Source: Methanocaldococcus jannaschii DSM 2661 (GTDB lineage Archaea; AGJL01; Methanococci; Methanococcales; Methanocaldococcaceae). Taken from it: a stretch of 32,000 nucleotides of DNA. A model generated the notes under the pieces. That model was not told the DNA's origin. It worked only from the letters and a program-made list of their open reading frames with translations, and searched no databases. Location: assembly GCF_000091665.1 (NCBI RefSeq), contig NC_000909.1:473581-505580 (forward strand), written 5' to 3'. A program made the translations under genes and the position numbers. Below, one piece after another: positions 10,045 through 22,022 of this stretch; position 1 is the first letter of the stretch; each line of letters opens with the position of its first letter.

Positions 10045-10839
10045 TTATCTCCTCCCGAACAATCCTTTAATAAACTTAGATATGAATGATTCTTTCTTCT
10101 TCTTAAGTTGTGCTTCATATTTAGCTCCAATTAACTTAGCTGCTATCTCCATGATTGCTTGAGCGGCTGGAGAATCTGGATACATAATAACGAGAGGTGT
10201 TCCAAATGCAGCTGCCTTCCTAACATGAGGGTCCTCTGGAACAACACCTATAACAGGAACTTCTAAAATTGTCTCTATAGCTTTAACCCCCAACTCTGTA
10301 CTCTCATTTGAAACCCTATTAACAATAGCCCCAATGATGTCAGTTCCCAATCTTTTTGTTATAGCGATAATTTTTAATGCATCTGATATTGAGGATATCT
10401 CTGGATTTACAACGACAATTAAACCATCTGCTGATGATATTGCTATTAAAGTCTCTTTTCCAATACCTGCTGGACAGTCAATAATTAAAATCTCAACTAA
10501 ATCATGTATTGCCTTTAAAACTTCCTCAAGTTTTTCTGGTTTAGCTCTTCTGAACTTTTCTAATGAAACACCTGCTGGAATAACTAAAACTCCTTCAGGA
10601 CCTTCATAAATTGCGTCCTTTATATCTGCTTTACCAGCCAACACATCGTTTAAGGTTACTGGCTTTCCTTCTAACCCCATGATAAGCTCTAAGTTTGCCA
10701 TTGCTATATCAGCGTCCAAAACAGCCACTTTTTTTCCAAATTTTGCAAGAGCCACAGCAAGATTTGCAGATATCGTTGTCTTTCCAGTACCTCCTTTTCC
10801 AGATGCTATCGCGATAGCTATTGCCATTAATGTCACCAT
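10045..10839 (-). CDS. minD: MinD/ParA-family ATPase (likely start ATG at 10827, MAIAIAIASGKGG)
   Basis: Deviant Walker A SGKGGTGKTT, VLDADIAMANLE, C-terminal amphipathic FISKFIKGLFGRR; GGTGAC RBS before 10827. Confidence 0.94.
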   Translation of the reverse strand: MVTLMAIAIAIASGKGGTGKTTISANLAVALAKFGKKVAVLDADIAMANLELIMGLEGKPVTLNDVLAGKADIKDAIYEGPEGVLVIPAGVSLEKFRRAKPEKLEEVLKAIHDLVEILIIDCPAGIGKETLIAISSADGLIVVVNPEISSISDALKIIAITKRLGTDIIGAIVNRVSNESTELGVKAIETILEVPVIGVVPEDPHVRKAAAFGTPLVIMYPDSPAAQAIMEIAAKLIGAKYEAQLKKKKESFISKFIKGLFGRR

Positions 10840-11004
10840 TCTAAAATCTTTATATTACCTATTTACAACACTAAAGTTATAGTTAAGTTAAATATATACT
10901 CTTCGGTTTAATATTAGGACACGCTTATCTTCAAAAACATTACATCATTAATTAATTGAATAAGGTTATCTAACAACATTTGCTTATTGAACTTTAGGAC
11001 TATG

Positions 11005-11946
<942 letters not shown>

Positions 11947-11997
11947 TTAGTTATTAAATAGTAATATTTGTTAGTTTGAAAATAAACGGGGGAGATT

Positions 11998-12423
11998 ATG
12001 ACAGAGATGGATAGGATAAGTATATCTTTACCTTCAAAGCTTCTTAGGGAGTTTGATGAAATTATTGCTGAAAGAGGATATGCAAGTAGAAGTGAAGCAA
12101 TAAGAGATGCTATTAGAGACTATATAATAAAACACAAATGGATTCACAGCTTAGAAGGGGAAAGAGCTGGAAGTATAAGCGTAATTTACAACCATCATGC
12201 CTCAGATGTTATGGAAAAAATTACTGAAATTCAACACAATTATACTGATATTATCGTTGCTACCTTACATTTACACTTAGACCACGACCACTGCTTAGAA
12301 ACAATATTGGTTAGAGGAGACGCTAAGAGGATTAGGGAATTAACAGATAGATTAACAGCCTTAAAAGGAGTTAAACAAGTTAAGTTAAGTGTTATGGTTC
12401 CAGGAGGACAGATTCCAGAATAA
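11998..12423 (+). CDS. nikR: Nickel-responsive regulator, ribbon-helix-helix + ACT-like domain
   Basis: RISISLPSKLLREFDEIIAERGYASRSEAIRDAIRDY and metal-site pattern HHASDVMEKITEIQHNYTDIIVATLHLHLDHDHCLE; GGGGGA RBS. Confidence 0.95.
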   Translation: MTEMDRISISLPSKLLREFDEIIAERGYASRSEAIRDAIRDYIIKHKWIHSLEGERAGSISVIYNHHASDVMEKITEIQHNYTDIIVATLHLHLDHDHCLETILVRGDAKRIRELTDRLTALKGVKQVKLSVMVPGGQIPE

Positions 12424-12427
12424 ATTT

Positions 12428-13525
12428 TTATAATAGGAGTTTTCTTTCATCCCCTAATGGAACTATATTTTTATTTTCAACTTCGATATATGCATTCCAT
12501 ATATTTTTACATTCACATTCAACATTTAAAACATTTATATCCTGTGTCAAAGTGAATCTCTCTAACCTTTCTTTAATCAATTTGTTGCACTTGCAGTTAT
12601 AAAGGTTGTGAGCCCCTCTTTCACTTCCTACTCCTGATGTATCACACATAATTAATGCCTTTGGATTGCTTTTTTTAACCTCTTTTAGTATCTCAATTAT
12701 ACTCCATAGAAATGGAGGGCGGTATTGATTTTTGTTGAAAAAGAATTCCATCACACTACCTTTATGCACAGTAGCTGGGCAAAAGGATATTCTTGAACAT
12801 CCCAACTCTATACACTTATTTGCTGAAGATATTGAGTCATAAATTGCCTCTTTTTCAGTTATGAATAGAGGTTTTATTAATAAATAAGCTTTTATCCCAA
12901 TGTTGTAGTTTTTAGCCAATTCTATAGCTCTAATTATTTGTTCATTTGTTATTCCTTTGTTAATTGCTTTTTCTCTAATTTCTTCATTAAAACTTTCTAT
13001 TCCAACCCCAATTTCAACATTAACATCCAAATATTTTCTAATTTCGTTTAATTTGTCTTCATCAATAAATTCAGGTCTTGATTCAATAGCCACTTCTTTT
13101 AAATTATCAAATTCGCTAAGTTTTTTGAAAATATAATTTCTTGCCTCTTTAGGAACTTCTCTATCATCCAAAAAACTTCCAGAAGTGAATATTTTAACGC
13201 TGAAATCTTTTAAATCTTTTATTTTTTCTTTATATTTCTCAATCGCATAATTAAACTGATTTATTATATTTTCAGCAGTTATTTTTTCAGGAGAGGAGTC
13301 CATTAAATAGGAACACATTAAACAGCCTCCTTCTTTTGCATAATAACAGCCTTCTGTCCTTAAAATTATTGTAAGGGACTTTCCTATGCTGAAATCTCTA
13401 TATATATCATCTTGCATCCACACAGCAATAGGTTTATTTTTATCTTTAACTTTTCTCTTTTTTAAATGTCTCTCTCTTAATTTTTTTAAGAATTCCCTAT
13501 AATTATCATTAATAATTTGGTTCAT
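12428..13525 (-). CDS. Radical SAM protein resembling the archaeosine-biosynthesis (RaSEA/TIGR01210-type) family
   Basis: Radical SAM cluster CYYAKEGGCLMC, VGIGIE-type segment (VEIGVGIESFNEEIREKAINKG), C-terminal Cys cluster. Family assignment is from recollection. Confidence 0.75.
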   Translation of the reverse strand: MNQIINDNYREFLKKLRERHLKKRKVKDKNKPIAVWMQDDIYRDFSIGKSLTIILRTEGCYYAKEGGCLMCSYLMDSSPEKITAENIINQFNYAIEKYKEKIKDLKDFSVKIFTSGSFLDDREVPKEARNYIFKKLSEFDNLKEVAIESRPEFIDEDKLNEIRKYLDVNVEIGVGIESFNEEIREKAINKGITNEQIIRAIELAKNYNIGIKAYLLIKPLFITEKEAIYDSISSANKCIELGCSRISFCPATVHKGSVMEFFFNKNQYRPPFLWSIIEILKEVKKSNPKALIMCDTSGVGSERGAHNLYNCKCNKLIKERLERFTLTQDINVLNVECECKNIWNAYIEVENKNIVPLGDERKLLL

Positions 13526-14349
13526 TTTATCAACTCTTTTATGTTATTTCTTAAGTTTTCAATCCCATAGTTTTCAACAAAATCTGCCATCCTACCCTTT
13601 CCAAACTTTGCATATAAGCTTATCAATTCATCAATAACAAATAAGACATCATCCTCATTTTTTAAATCTATTAGGTGTTTTCCCTCCTTATATATTCTTC
13701 CTCCTTTTCCTCCAACGAATATGCTAATAACTCTCTCAGCTTTAAAGGCATTACATAAGCCAGTGCATTTTCCTTCTCCAGTGCAATTATCTTTTATTAT
13801 TTTTCGTTCCCAATCTATAGCATTTAAATCACAAAAATCTTTACATTTTCCACAATTTGTGCAAATCTCTTTGTTTATGGTTATTTTGTATCTATAACAT
13901 ATCCCAATATCACAAAACCTATGAAATGTGCATGAATTTGGGCAACCACTAACATTTATCTTCACCTTTCTTGGAACCCAAACTCCTTCAAACTCCTCAT
14001 GAATTCTCCTTGCCAAAGAGACAGAGTCACCAATAGCATTGTAGCACTCTAAGCCAATACATGACACTACTTGCCTAACTCTATTTCCAGTAGAACCTAA
14101 GTTTAACCCCACATTATTTAGAATTTTCTCTACTTCTTCCAAATGTTCTGGAGATATTTTAAACTCTATACCTTGCCTTGTTGTTATATGGGCTTTGTTA
14201 TCTCCAAAATTTTCAATAACATAGGCTATTGCCTTTAACTGCTCAGCATTTATAAATCCGGGTTTTAATGAGATTCTTAATGTATAACAATCTTTTTTCA
14301 TTATAACGCCATATTTTAAGTTTATATTGCAGTGCATCCTTTTCACCAA
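13522..14349 (-). CDS. Small siroheme/Fe-S sulfite reductase-like protein with inserted ferredoxin domain (likely start ATG at 14337)
   Basis: CIGLECYNAIGDS, VNVSGCPNSCTFHRFCDIG siroheme/4Fe-4S motif, CTNCGKCKDFC ferredoxin motif; RBS GGTGA before MHCNINLK. Confidence 0.88.
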   Translation of the reverse strand: MVKRMHCNINLKYGVIMKKDCYTLRISLKPGFINAEQLKAIAYVIENFGDNKAHITTRQGIEFKISPEHLEEVEKILNNVGLNLGSTGNRVRQVVSCIGLECYNAIGDSVSLARRIHEEFEGVWVPRKVKINVSGCPNSCTFHRFCDIGICYRYKITINKEICTNCGKCKDFCDLNAIDWERKIIKDNCTGEGKCTGLCNAFKAERVISIFVGGKGGRIYKEGKHLIDLKNEDDVLFVIDELISLYAKFGKGRMADFVENYGIENLRNNIKELIK

Positions 14350-14359
14350 AATTATAAAA

Positions 14360-15109
14360 TTAAATTTTTAAATTAGCTATGTATTTTATAAGCTCATCTA
14401 TATCATCAAAACAAACTGGATAATCAATTTTAGGTCTTTCAACAACTATAACCTTGGCTTCAGCTTCTAAAGCCCCATAAACTTTCTCTTTAAAACCCCC
14501 ACTCTCCCCACTATCTTTAGTTATTATCACATCACAGTTATAATCCCTTATTAAATATTTGTTAAGCTCCTTAGAAAAAGTCCCATACATAGCTACAATC
14601 TGCTTTTGAGGTAAAATCTTTAATGCCTCACTTACAGATATAGGGAGAACTCTTGCTATAACCTTATCTTTCCCAACAATATCAACAACCATCTTTAAAT
14701 TCTTAATTCCTGCCATGTGAAAGACTTTATTTGCTTTTTTAGCCAATCTTGCAGCTTCTTCAAAATCTTTAACATATATTATATTTGGATGATTTATCTT
14801 TTCCTCTTTTCTCTCAAATCTTACATACTTTATATTAAGCTCTTTACAAACTTCAATGGCATTTTTGCTTGCATTTATTGCAAATGGATGAGTGGCATCG
14901 ACTAAAATATCTATATTATATTTCTTTATAACCTCTTTCAACTCATTTTTATCTAAAGGTTTTGTTATCACTTTGTTGGCAAATTCCTCCCCTAATTTTC
15001 CACCATAATCAGTTGTTGAAGTGTATAAAATAAATAAATCTCCCAAATCCCTAAGCTTTTTACCAATTTCAACACTATCCTTAGTTCCTCCCATTAACAG
15101 TAGGTTCAT
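14360..15109 (-). CDS. cbiJ: Precorrin-6A (cobalt-precorrin-6A) reductase
   Basis: MNLLLMGGTKDSVEIGKKL, DATHPFA, and TKDSGESGGFKEKV, a pattern typical of CobK/CbiJ. Confidence 0.9.
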   Translation of the reverse strand: MNLLLMGGTKDSVEIGKKLRDLGDLFILYTSTTDYGGKLGEEFANKVITKPLDKNELKEVIKKYNIDILVDATHPFAINASKNAIEVCKELNIKYVRFERKEEKINHPNIIYVKDFEEAARLAKKANKVFHMAGIKNLKMVVDIVGKDKVIARVLPISVSEALKILPQKQIVAMYGTFSKELNKYLIRDYNCDVIITKDSGESGGFKEKVYGALEAEAKVIVVERPKIDYPVCFDDIDELIKYIANLKI

Positions 15110-15225
15110 GACTTCACCATAAATAGACTTTTGTATATGCTCAAAAAGTCAAAAAATCTCTTAATTGTAAATCTTTTATTCTTTTGACATTTTACAATAA
15201 AAAATTTCGCCTCAATAAAAAAGCT

Positions 15226-15315
15226 TTAAAGTTTGTCCTTAATCCCTTTTAGAATTTCATAAATATCATCTAATTTATCTAATTTTTTATTAATTCTTTC
15301 TAAAATTTCAGTATG
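15226..15315 (-). pseudogene. Possible coiled-coil C-terminal remnant downstream of the acylphosphatase-fusion gene
   Basis: Open reverse-strand segment HTEILERINKKLDKLDDIYEILKGIKDKL-stop, similar in style to the C-terminal coiled-coil of the adjacent gene. Confidence 0.35.
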
Positions 15316-15340
15316 TTACTCTAACTCTATAAAAATAATC

Positions 15341-15802
15341 TTAGAGTTTTTTCTCCAATAATTCCTTAATTTCATTTAGCACTTTAATAGTTTTTATCTG
15401 TGTATCCTTAATATCTAACAATATTTTTTTATGTTCTTCTAATTCAGAAAATATCAACTTAATATACTTAACTCCCTCATCCAGCTTTTTATTCAGCTCC
15501 AAAATATCATCAGAAGACAACCTACTTATCCCTTCCGGAAACTCAATATAAGCATTTAATTCTTTTTCCTCAATCTTCTCAATCTTTATAAGCTTATCCT
15601 TCTTTTCCAGTGCCTTAATACTCTTTTTAAATAGCTCTTTAATCTCCTCATCATCAAAGTTTGCTAAGATTCTAACAGTTCCGTCCTTATGATTATACAC
15701 AACTCCAGAGATGCCTAAGCCTCTACCTATATGTTCAATCCTATCTCTAAATCCAACATGCTGGACTCTACCATATATTATCAGCTCATAAGTTGTTATC
15801 AT
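15341..15802 (-). CDS. Acylphosphatase domain fused to a C-terminal coiled-coil
   Basis: [39 protein letters not shown] is a canonical acylphosphatase; the remaining ~75 residues are helical/lysine-glutamate rich. Confidence 0.88.
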   Translation of the reverse strand: MITTYELIIYGRVQHVGFRDRIEHIGRGLGISGVVYNHKDGTVRILANFDDEEIKELFKKSIKALEKKDKLIKIEKIEEKELNAYIEFPEGISRLSSDDILELNKKLDEGVKYIKLIFSELEEHKKILLDIKDTQIKTIKVLNEIKELLEKKL

Positions 15803-15959
15803 AATTAATCACCAATATTATACTCGTCAAATAATTTTTTATTTATGTAACTATTAGGATATAAGCTTTTTTGTATGCAGAATAATAATTTTAGAAAGAT
15901 TTTTATTATATTTTAATGCTAATTTTAATTGAAATTAGCAACATAATGGTGAGGACTTT

Positions 15960-16115
15960 ATGGATATTCTCACCATGATAGTTATTGGATTGATTCTTTT
16001 TACAATATTCGTTTTATGGTTAAGTTATGAGTTTATTAAGAGTGCAGTAAAATCTGGAATTAAAGAGGGAATTAGAGAATCTGAAACAAGATTTTTTAAA
16101 TCTTCAAAAGATTAA
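15960..16115 (+). CDS. 51-aa small membrane protein (not in the ORF track)
   Basis: GGTGAG RBS then ATG: MDILTMIVIGLILFTIFVLWLSYEFIKSAVKSGIKEGIRESETRFFKSSKD-stop; one clear TM plus charged tail. Confidence 0.7.
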   Translation: MDILTMIVIGLILFTIFVLWLSYEFIKSAVKSGIKEGIRESETRFFKSSKD

Positions 16116-16206
16116 TAAGCTAAGAGAGATAAACATAAGTTATGTAGAAAAAAAGTTTTATACTTAATTATATCTTTATACTCTAATTAGATAAGAAGGG
16201 GAGTTG

Positions 16207-16323
16207 ATGCTTATGGAGATTAATCCATTAATTATTGGAGTTATAGCAATACTTGTTTTTATGGCTGGAGTTGTGGCTATTGTTTATTATAACTTGCACA
16301 AATTAGATAAGGAGGCATCATAA
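16207..16323 (+). CDS. 38-aa small membrane protein (not in the ORF track)
   Basis: AAGGGGAG RBS then MLMEINPLIIGVIAILVFMAGVVAIVYYNLHKLDKEAS-stop; a single TM. Confidence 0.65.
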   Translation: MLMEINPLIIGVIAILVFMAGVVAIVYYNLHKLDKEAS

Positions 16324-16325
16324 TA

Positions 16326-16784
16326 TTATTCTTTTAGGGATTTTAGCTTTTTTAATGTTATAAAGTAAGCGTCAATTAGTAATTTTGTGAATATTAGTCC
16401 AAATGCCAAAAATGCTATGAGTAATAACAAAAATGTTATTGTTTTTATTGGATTTTGTAGTTGGTAGAGTATCATTGTTGCAATAGTTGCCAACTCACTG
16501 GTGATTGTTGATATGGTAATTTCTCTAATAAACTCACACATAAGTTTATACTTGTCATAAATTTGTAGATAAGTAAGTTCCTTATGAACTCCTCCAGTTA
16601 AAATGAGAATAAGGAAGGCTATTATTGGCATGGCTATCAATATGCATGCTACAACTAAATTTTCATCAATGTTAAAAAATATGTCATAGATGAGTATCCC
16701 TAAAATCAAATTAAAACCAAAACTTACAAATACATTAATAATCTTAAACATAAATGAGGCATGTGCTTTATGTTCATTAACCAT
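16326..16784 (-). CDS. Hypothetical multi-TM membrane protein, 152 aa
   Basis: Intact ORF with about 4 hydrophobic segments (FNLILGILIYDIFF, NLVVACILIAMPIIAFLILILTGG, ITFLLLLIAFLAFGLIF). Confidence 0.75.
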   Translation of the reverse strand: MVNEHKAHASFMFKIINVFVSFGFNLILGILIYDIFFNIDENLVVACILIAMPIIAFLILILTGGVHKELTYLQIYDKYKLMCEFIREITISTITSELATIATMILYQLQNPIKTITFLLLLIAFLAFGLIFTKLLIDAYFITLKKLKSLKE

Positions 16785-16852
16785 GAAGACACCATAGGGC
16801 TTTTATTTTCTATTTTTCTAATTTAGTATTTTAAACTATAGGTTTCCTCATT

Positions 16853-17085
16853 ATGAAAATGGTAATTCCCATGTCTAAAACTTATGAATTAAAAATTTAT
16901 GGCAAAGTTCAGCACATTGGTTTTAGAGATAGGATTGAGAATTATTATGGTATGCTTTAGACATTTCTGGAGTCGTATATAATTACAAAGATGGAGTGTT
17001 AAGATTTTGGTAAATTTTTGATGGTGAAGAAATTAAAGAGATTTTTAAAAGGAATGTCGAGATTTTAGAAAATAAGTTAATTTAA
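16853..17085 (+). pseudogene. Degraded acylphosphatase paralogue
   Basis: [27 protein letters not shown] in one frame, then [15 protein letters not shown] and FDGEEIKEIFKRNVEILENKLI-stop in another, with at least one frameshift and disrupted middle; aligns throughout to the 15341..15802 protein. Confidence 0.88.
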
Positions 17086-17195
17086 TCTTATAAAGATTGA
17101 GAAAATTGACGAAAGGAAATTGGACACTTACCATTAAAACATAAATCTAAAATAGTTGGATTAGGAATACATTAACTACTATTTAAAAAAGGTGA

Positions 17196-18254
<1,059 letters not shown>

Positions 18255-18290
18255 AAGTATTTTTAATTATTCTAAGTTCTTTTTTTAGCT

Positions 18291-18815
18291 TTAATATTTT
18301 ATCTTAATCTCAGTATTGTGATTGTAGAAACTTACAAGAGTTTTTAACTCTTTTATAATATTTTCATAGAGCAATTTTATAATATCCTCCATAAAAATAA
18401 TGCCTTCCAATTTACCAAGAATTTTTTCAGGATATTTTGTATTGATTACTGGCAATTGGTCTAATTTCTTATTGGATTCTATCATTTTTTCAAAGGCTGT
18501 AATTATATCTTCATCAGCAGTAGTATAAGGAGGATTTTTTAGCATAACCTCCCCCACATTAAGATATGGATGACTTGTCATATACTTTCTAATTTCTCTT
18601 AGTGTAATAAATCCAATCATTACCCCCCTATCATCAACTACAGGCATTCCGCTAATGTTGTGTTTAATCATTTCATCAAATATTTCCTTTATCGTTTTTT
18701 CAGGAGTTGTTATGATTACGTCACCAGATATCATTACATCTTTTACCCTAATTTTTTGTAGCTCTTTATATTTATTAAGGGTTCTTACTAAGTGTAGTTT
18801 CACGAATTTTGACAT
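18291..18815 (-). CDS. Tandem CBS-domain protein (track start 18848; ATG at 18815 with AGGGGAGA RBS preferred)
   Basis: VKDVMISGDVITTTPEKTIKEIFDEMIKHNISGMPVVDDRGVMIGFIT and a second CBS repeat. Confidence 0.9.
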   Translation of the reverse strand: MSKFVKLHLVRTLNKYKELQKIRVKDVMISGDVIITTPEKTIKEIFDEMIKHNISGMPVVDDRGVMIGFITLREIRKYMTSHPYLNVGEVMLKNPPYTTADEDIITAFEKMIESNKKLDQLPVINTKYPEKILGKLEGIIFMEDIIKLLYENIIKELKTLVSFYNHNTEIKIKY

Positions 18816-18987
18816 AATATCTCCCCTTATTTCATAGAAATCTACCAAAATCGCAGTATTGAGCTATTAAAATGTAAAGCACTCCATAATTAAGAATTTT
18901 GTTGTCATGGTTTAAATAAATTATTGTTACTATTAATTCACTTTAAATTTCTAAACTTACCATCTAATAAAAATATAATTTAAAATT

Positions 18988-19614
<627 letters not shown>

Positions 19615-19617
19615 TCA

Positions 19618-20403
19618 TTATTTATTTTCTTTTGTGGCATCTAATACAGTATAGCTAATTTTCGCATTATCAAGCTTTTTAATGACTTTTTCAGCCATTT
19701 TTCCAGTTATTAAAGCGATAACATTACAACCTCTATTACATGCATTTACAATAGCTTCAGGAACGGCAAATCTTATGTCTGGTTTAAGTCCTAACTTACA
19801 TGCAACAACATAGGCAACGGTTCCCATAGTAGCAATGACATAATCATCTAAGTTATCGATATTCTCCTTTATCAAATTGAAATCCACAGCTCTTGAACCA
19901 CCAACGACTTCAGGAGGAATTCTAAATACAATAACTTTCCCTTTAGGCACATCAATAATTCCTTTAATTTCACAGATGGCTATATCTTCACCTTTCTTTC
20001 CACCATACAATGCCTTTGCTTTTGCTTCTCCTTTTGGCTGTTTTGATGCATATAACAGACCATTTTTCATAAACAAATATACTGTTTCTCCATCTTTAAC
20101 ATCTTCATCAGCTATAGCTGGCCATATATCCTTGTATCTATAAACAGCAGTGTTTATTTCATCCAAATAATCTTTAAACTCTGATATCCAGTTTTTTAAC
20201 TTTCTTAAACCTTTTTCAGTAACTACATACTCCCCTCTACCCCTTGATTTCACATAACCCTCTTTAACTAAATTTCTTATGTGTTCTGAAACTGCTTGAA
20301 CTGTTATTCCTAAATTCTCAGCTATTTCTTTCTGTTTTATATGAGGTTGTTTTCTTATAATTTCAGATAGAACTTGAAATTCAGTTATATTTCTTTTTTT
20401 CAT
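19618..20403 (-). CDS. HTH (MarR/ArsR-like winged helix) regulator with C-terminal ligand/enzymatic-type domain
   Basis: EFQVLSEIIRKQPHIKQKEIAENLGITVQAVSEHIRNLVKEGYVKSRGRGEY is a clear winged HTH. Confidence 0.88.
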   Translation of the reverse strand: MKKRNITEFQVLSEIIRKQPHIKQKEIAENLGITVQAVSEHIRNLVKEGYVKSRGRGEYVVTEKGLRKLKNWISEFKDYLDEINTAVYRYKDIWPAIADEDVKDGETVYLFMKNGLLYASKQPKGEAKAKALYGGKKGEDIAICEIKGIIDVPKGKVIVFRIPPEVVGGSRAVDFNLIKENIDNLDDYVIATMGTVAYVVACKLGLKPDIRFAVPEAIVNACNRGCNVIALITGKMAEKVIKKLDNAKISYTVLDATKENK

Positions 20404-20492
20404 TTTTACCCCCCAAAAGTTTTAATTACTTTAAGAGTAAATATTATTTTTATAGTATTTAAATGTTAAAGATAACTTTAATTGGTGATATT

Positions 20493-21293
20493 ATGGAAAT
20501 ATTAATAGTTAATGATGATGGGATTTATTCACCCTCATTGATAGCATTATACAATGCTTTAAAAGAGAAGTTTAGTGATGCAAACATAACCATAGTTGCT
20601 CCAACAAATCAGCAGAGTGGGATTGGTAGGGCTATAAGCCTATTTGAACCGCTGAGGATGACAAAGGTTAAGTTAGCAAAGGACATTGTCGGTTATGCAG
20701 TTTCTGGAACGCCTACTGATTGTGTAATCTTAGGAATATATCAAATATTAAAAAAAGTTCCAGATTTGGTTATTTCTGGGATAAATATTGGAGAGAATTT
20801 AGGGACAGAGATAATGACTTCTGGAACATTAGGGGCTGCGTTTGAAGCTGCTCATCATGGAGCTAAATCTATAGCTTCTTCATTACAAATAACTTCAGAC
20901 CACTTAAAATTTAAAGAGTTGGATATACCAATAAACTTTGAAATCCCAGCAAAAATAACTGCAAAAATTGCTGAGAAATATTTAGATTATGACATGCCTT
21001 GTGATGTTTTAAATATAAACATTCCAGAAAACGCAACTTTAGAAACCCCTATAGAAATTACAAGATTAGCAAGAAAGATGTATACAACACATGTTGAAGA
21101 GAGAATAGACCCAAGAGGGAGGAGTTATTACTGGATTGATGGCTATCCGATATTTGAAGAGGAGGAAGATACAGATGTTTATGTTCTAAGAAAAAAGAGA
21201 CATATCTCAATAACTCCTCTAACTTTAGATACAACTATCAAGAATTTAGATGAATTTAAGGAAAAATATGGGAAGATTCTTTGTGAGATGTAG
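20493..21293 (+). CDS. surE: 5'/3'-nucleotidase SurE (track start 20463; ATG at 20493 preferred)
   Basis: MEILIVNDDGIYSPSLIALYNALK, GTPTDCVILG, VISGINIGENLG. Confidence 0.96.
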   Translation: MEILIVNDDGIYSPSLIALYNALKEKFSDANITIVAPTNQQSGIGRAISLFEPLRMTKVKLAKDIVGYAVSGTPTDCVILGIYQILKKVPDLVISGINIGENLGTEIMTSGTLGAAFEAAHHGAKSIASSLQITSDHLKFKELDIPINFEIPAKITAKIAEKYLDYDMPCDVLNINIPENATLETPIEITRLARKMYTTHVEERIDPRGRSYYWIDGYPIFEEEEDTDVYVLRKKRHISITPLTLDTTIKNLDEFKEKYGKILCEM

Positions 21294-21306
21294 TTTGAAA
21301 CATAAT

Positions 21307-21723
21307 TTAATAAATATCTGTCTTTAATCTTTTTAATTTCTCTTGAATTGCTTTTTCTAATTTTGTCAATTCTCCTGTTTCATGAAAGTCGATAATACTT
21401 AACTTTTTTGGATTAAAATATGACCATGCCCCTGCATACACAATGATGTCATATTTTATGGGTTTATACCCTTTCTTTTCCATTTCTACATTCACATTTT
21501 TAAAATCAATGCAGTCTATTAAATTAGGGAGAATTTCCATACCTAATTCATCTTCTTCTTGAAAGTATCCCTTTATATACTCCCAATTTATGCTTTTCAC
21601 TATAGCATCTGACAAGTCATCTATAAACTTATCTTCAGTGATGTCATCCGGAGCCATAAATTCAAAATCATATGACTCCTCATAAGATATAAATTCTAAT
21701 CTAACAAATTTCATTATCATCAC
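21307..21723 (-). CDS. Hypothetical protein, about 135-138 aa
   Basis: Intact acidic ORF with typical codon usage. Confidence 0.75.
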   Translation of the reverse strand: MMIMKFVRLEFISYEESYDFEFMAPDDITEDKFIDDLSDAIVKSINWEYIKGYFQEEDELGMEILPNLIDCIDFKNVNVEMEKKGYKPIKYDIIVYAGAWSYFNPKKLSIIDFHETGELTKLEKAIQEKLKRLKTDIY

Positions 21724-21840
21724 TTCATTTTCACTGGGGGGTTGTTATGGTTTATTATTTGAAGGTTTAAATTATTTATCATTTTGTGAAATTATATGGT
21801 TCTTTTCAAAACTAATAAAATCTATTTATGAGTAAATTTG

Positions 21841-21864
21841 AACTCCTTCCTAATGGAAGGAGTT
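21841..21864. repeat. Perfect 10-bp stem hairpin with TAAT tetraloop
   Basis: AACTCCTTCC-TAAT-GGAAGGAGTT. Confidence 0.85.
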
Positions 21865-22022
21865 TATCTATGTTATACTATTTATATTCCAAAATATATA
21901 GAACTATAAAAAACTTATAATAACTTACTTGCCATACATTGGAAATTCTTAATATTAATTAACTTTAAATATTACAATTACAAAAAAATATAAGGTTTTG
22001 AACAGTGAAAAAGGTGGTTTTA

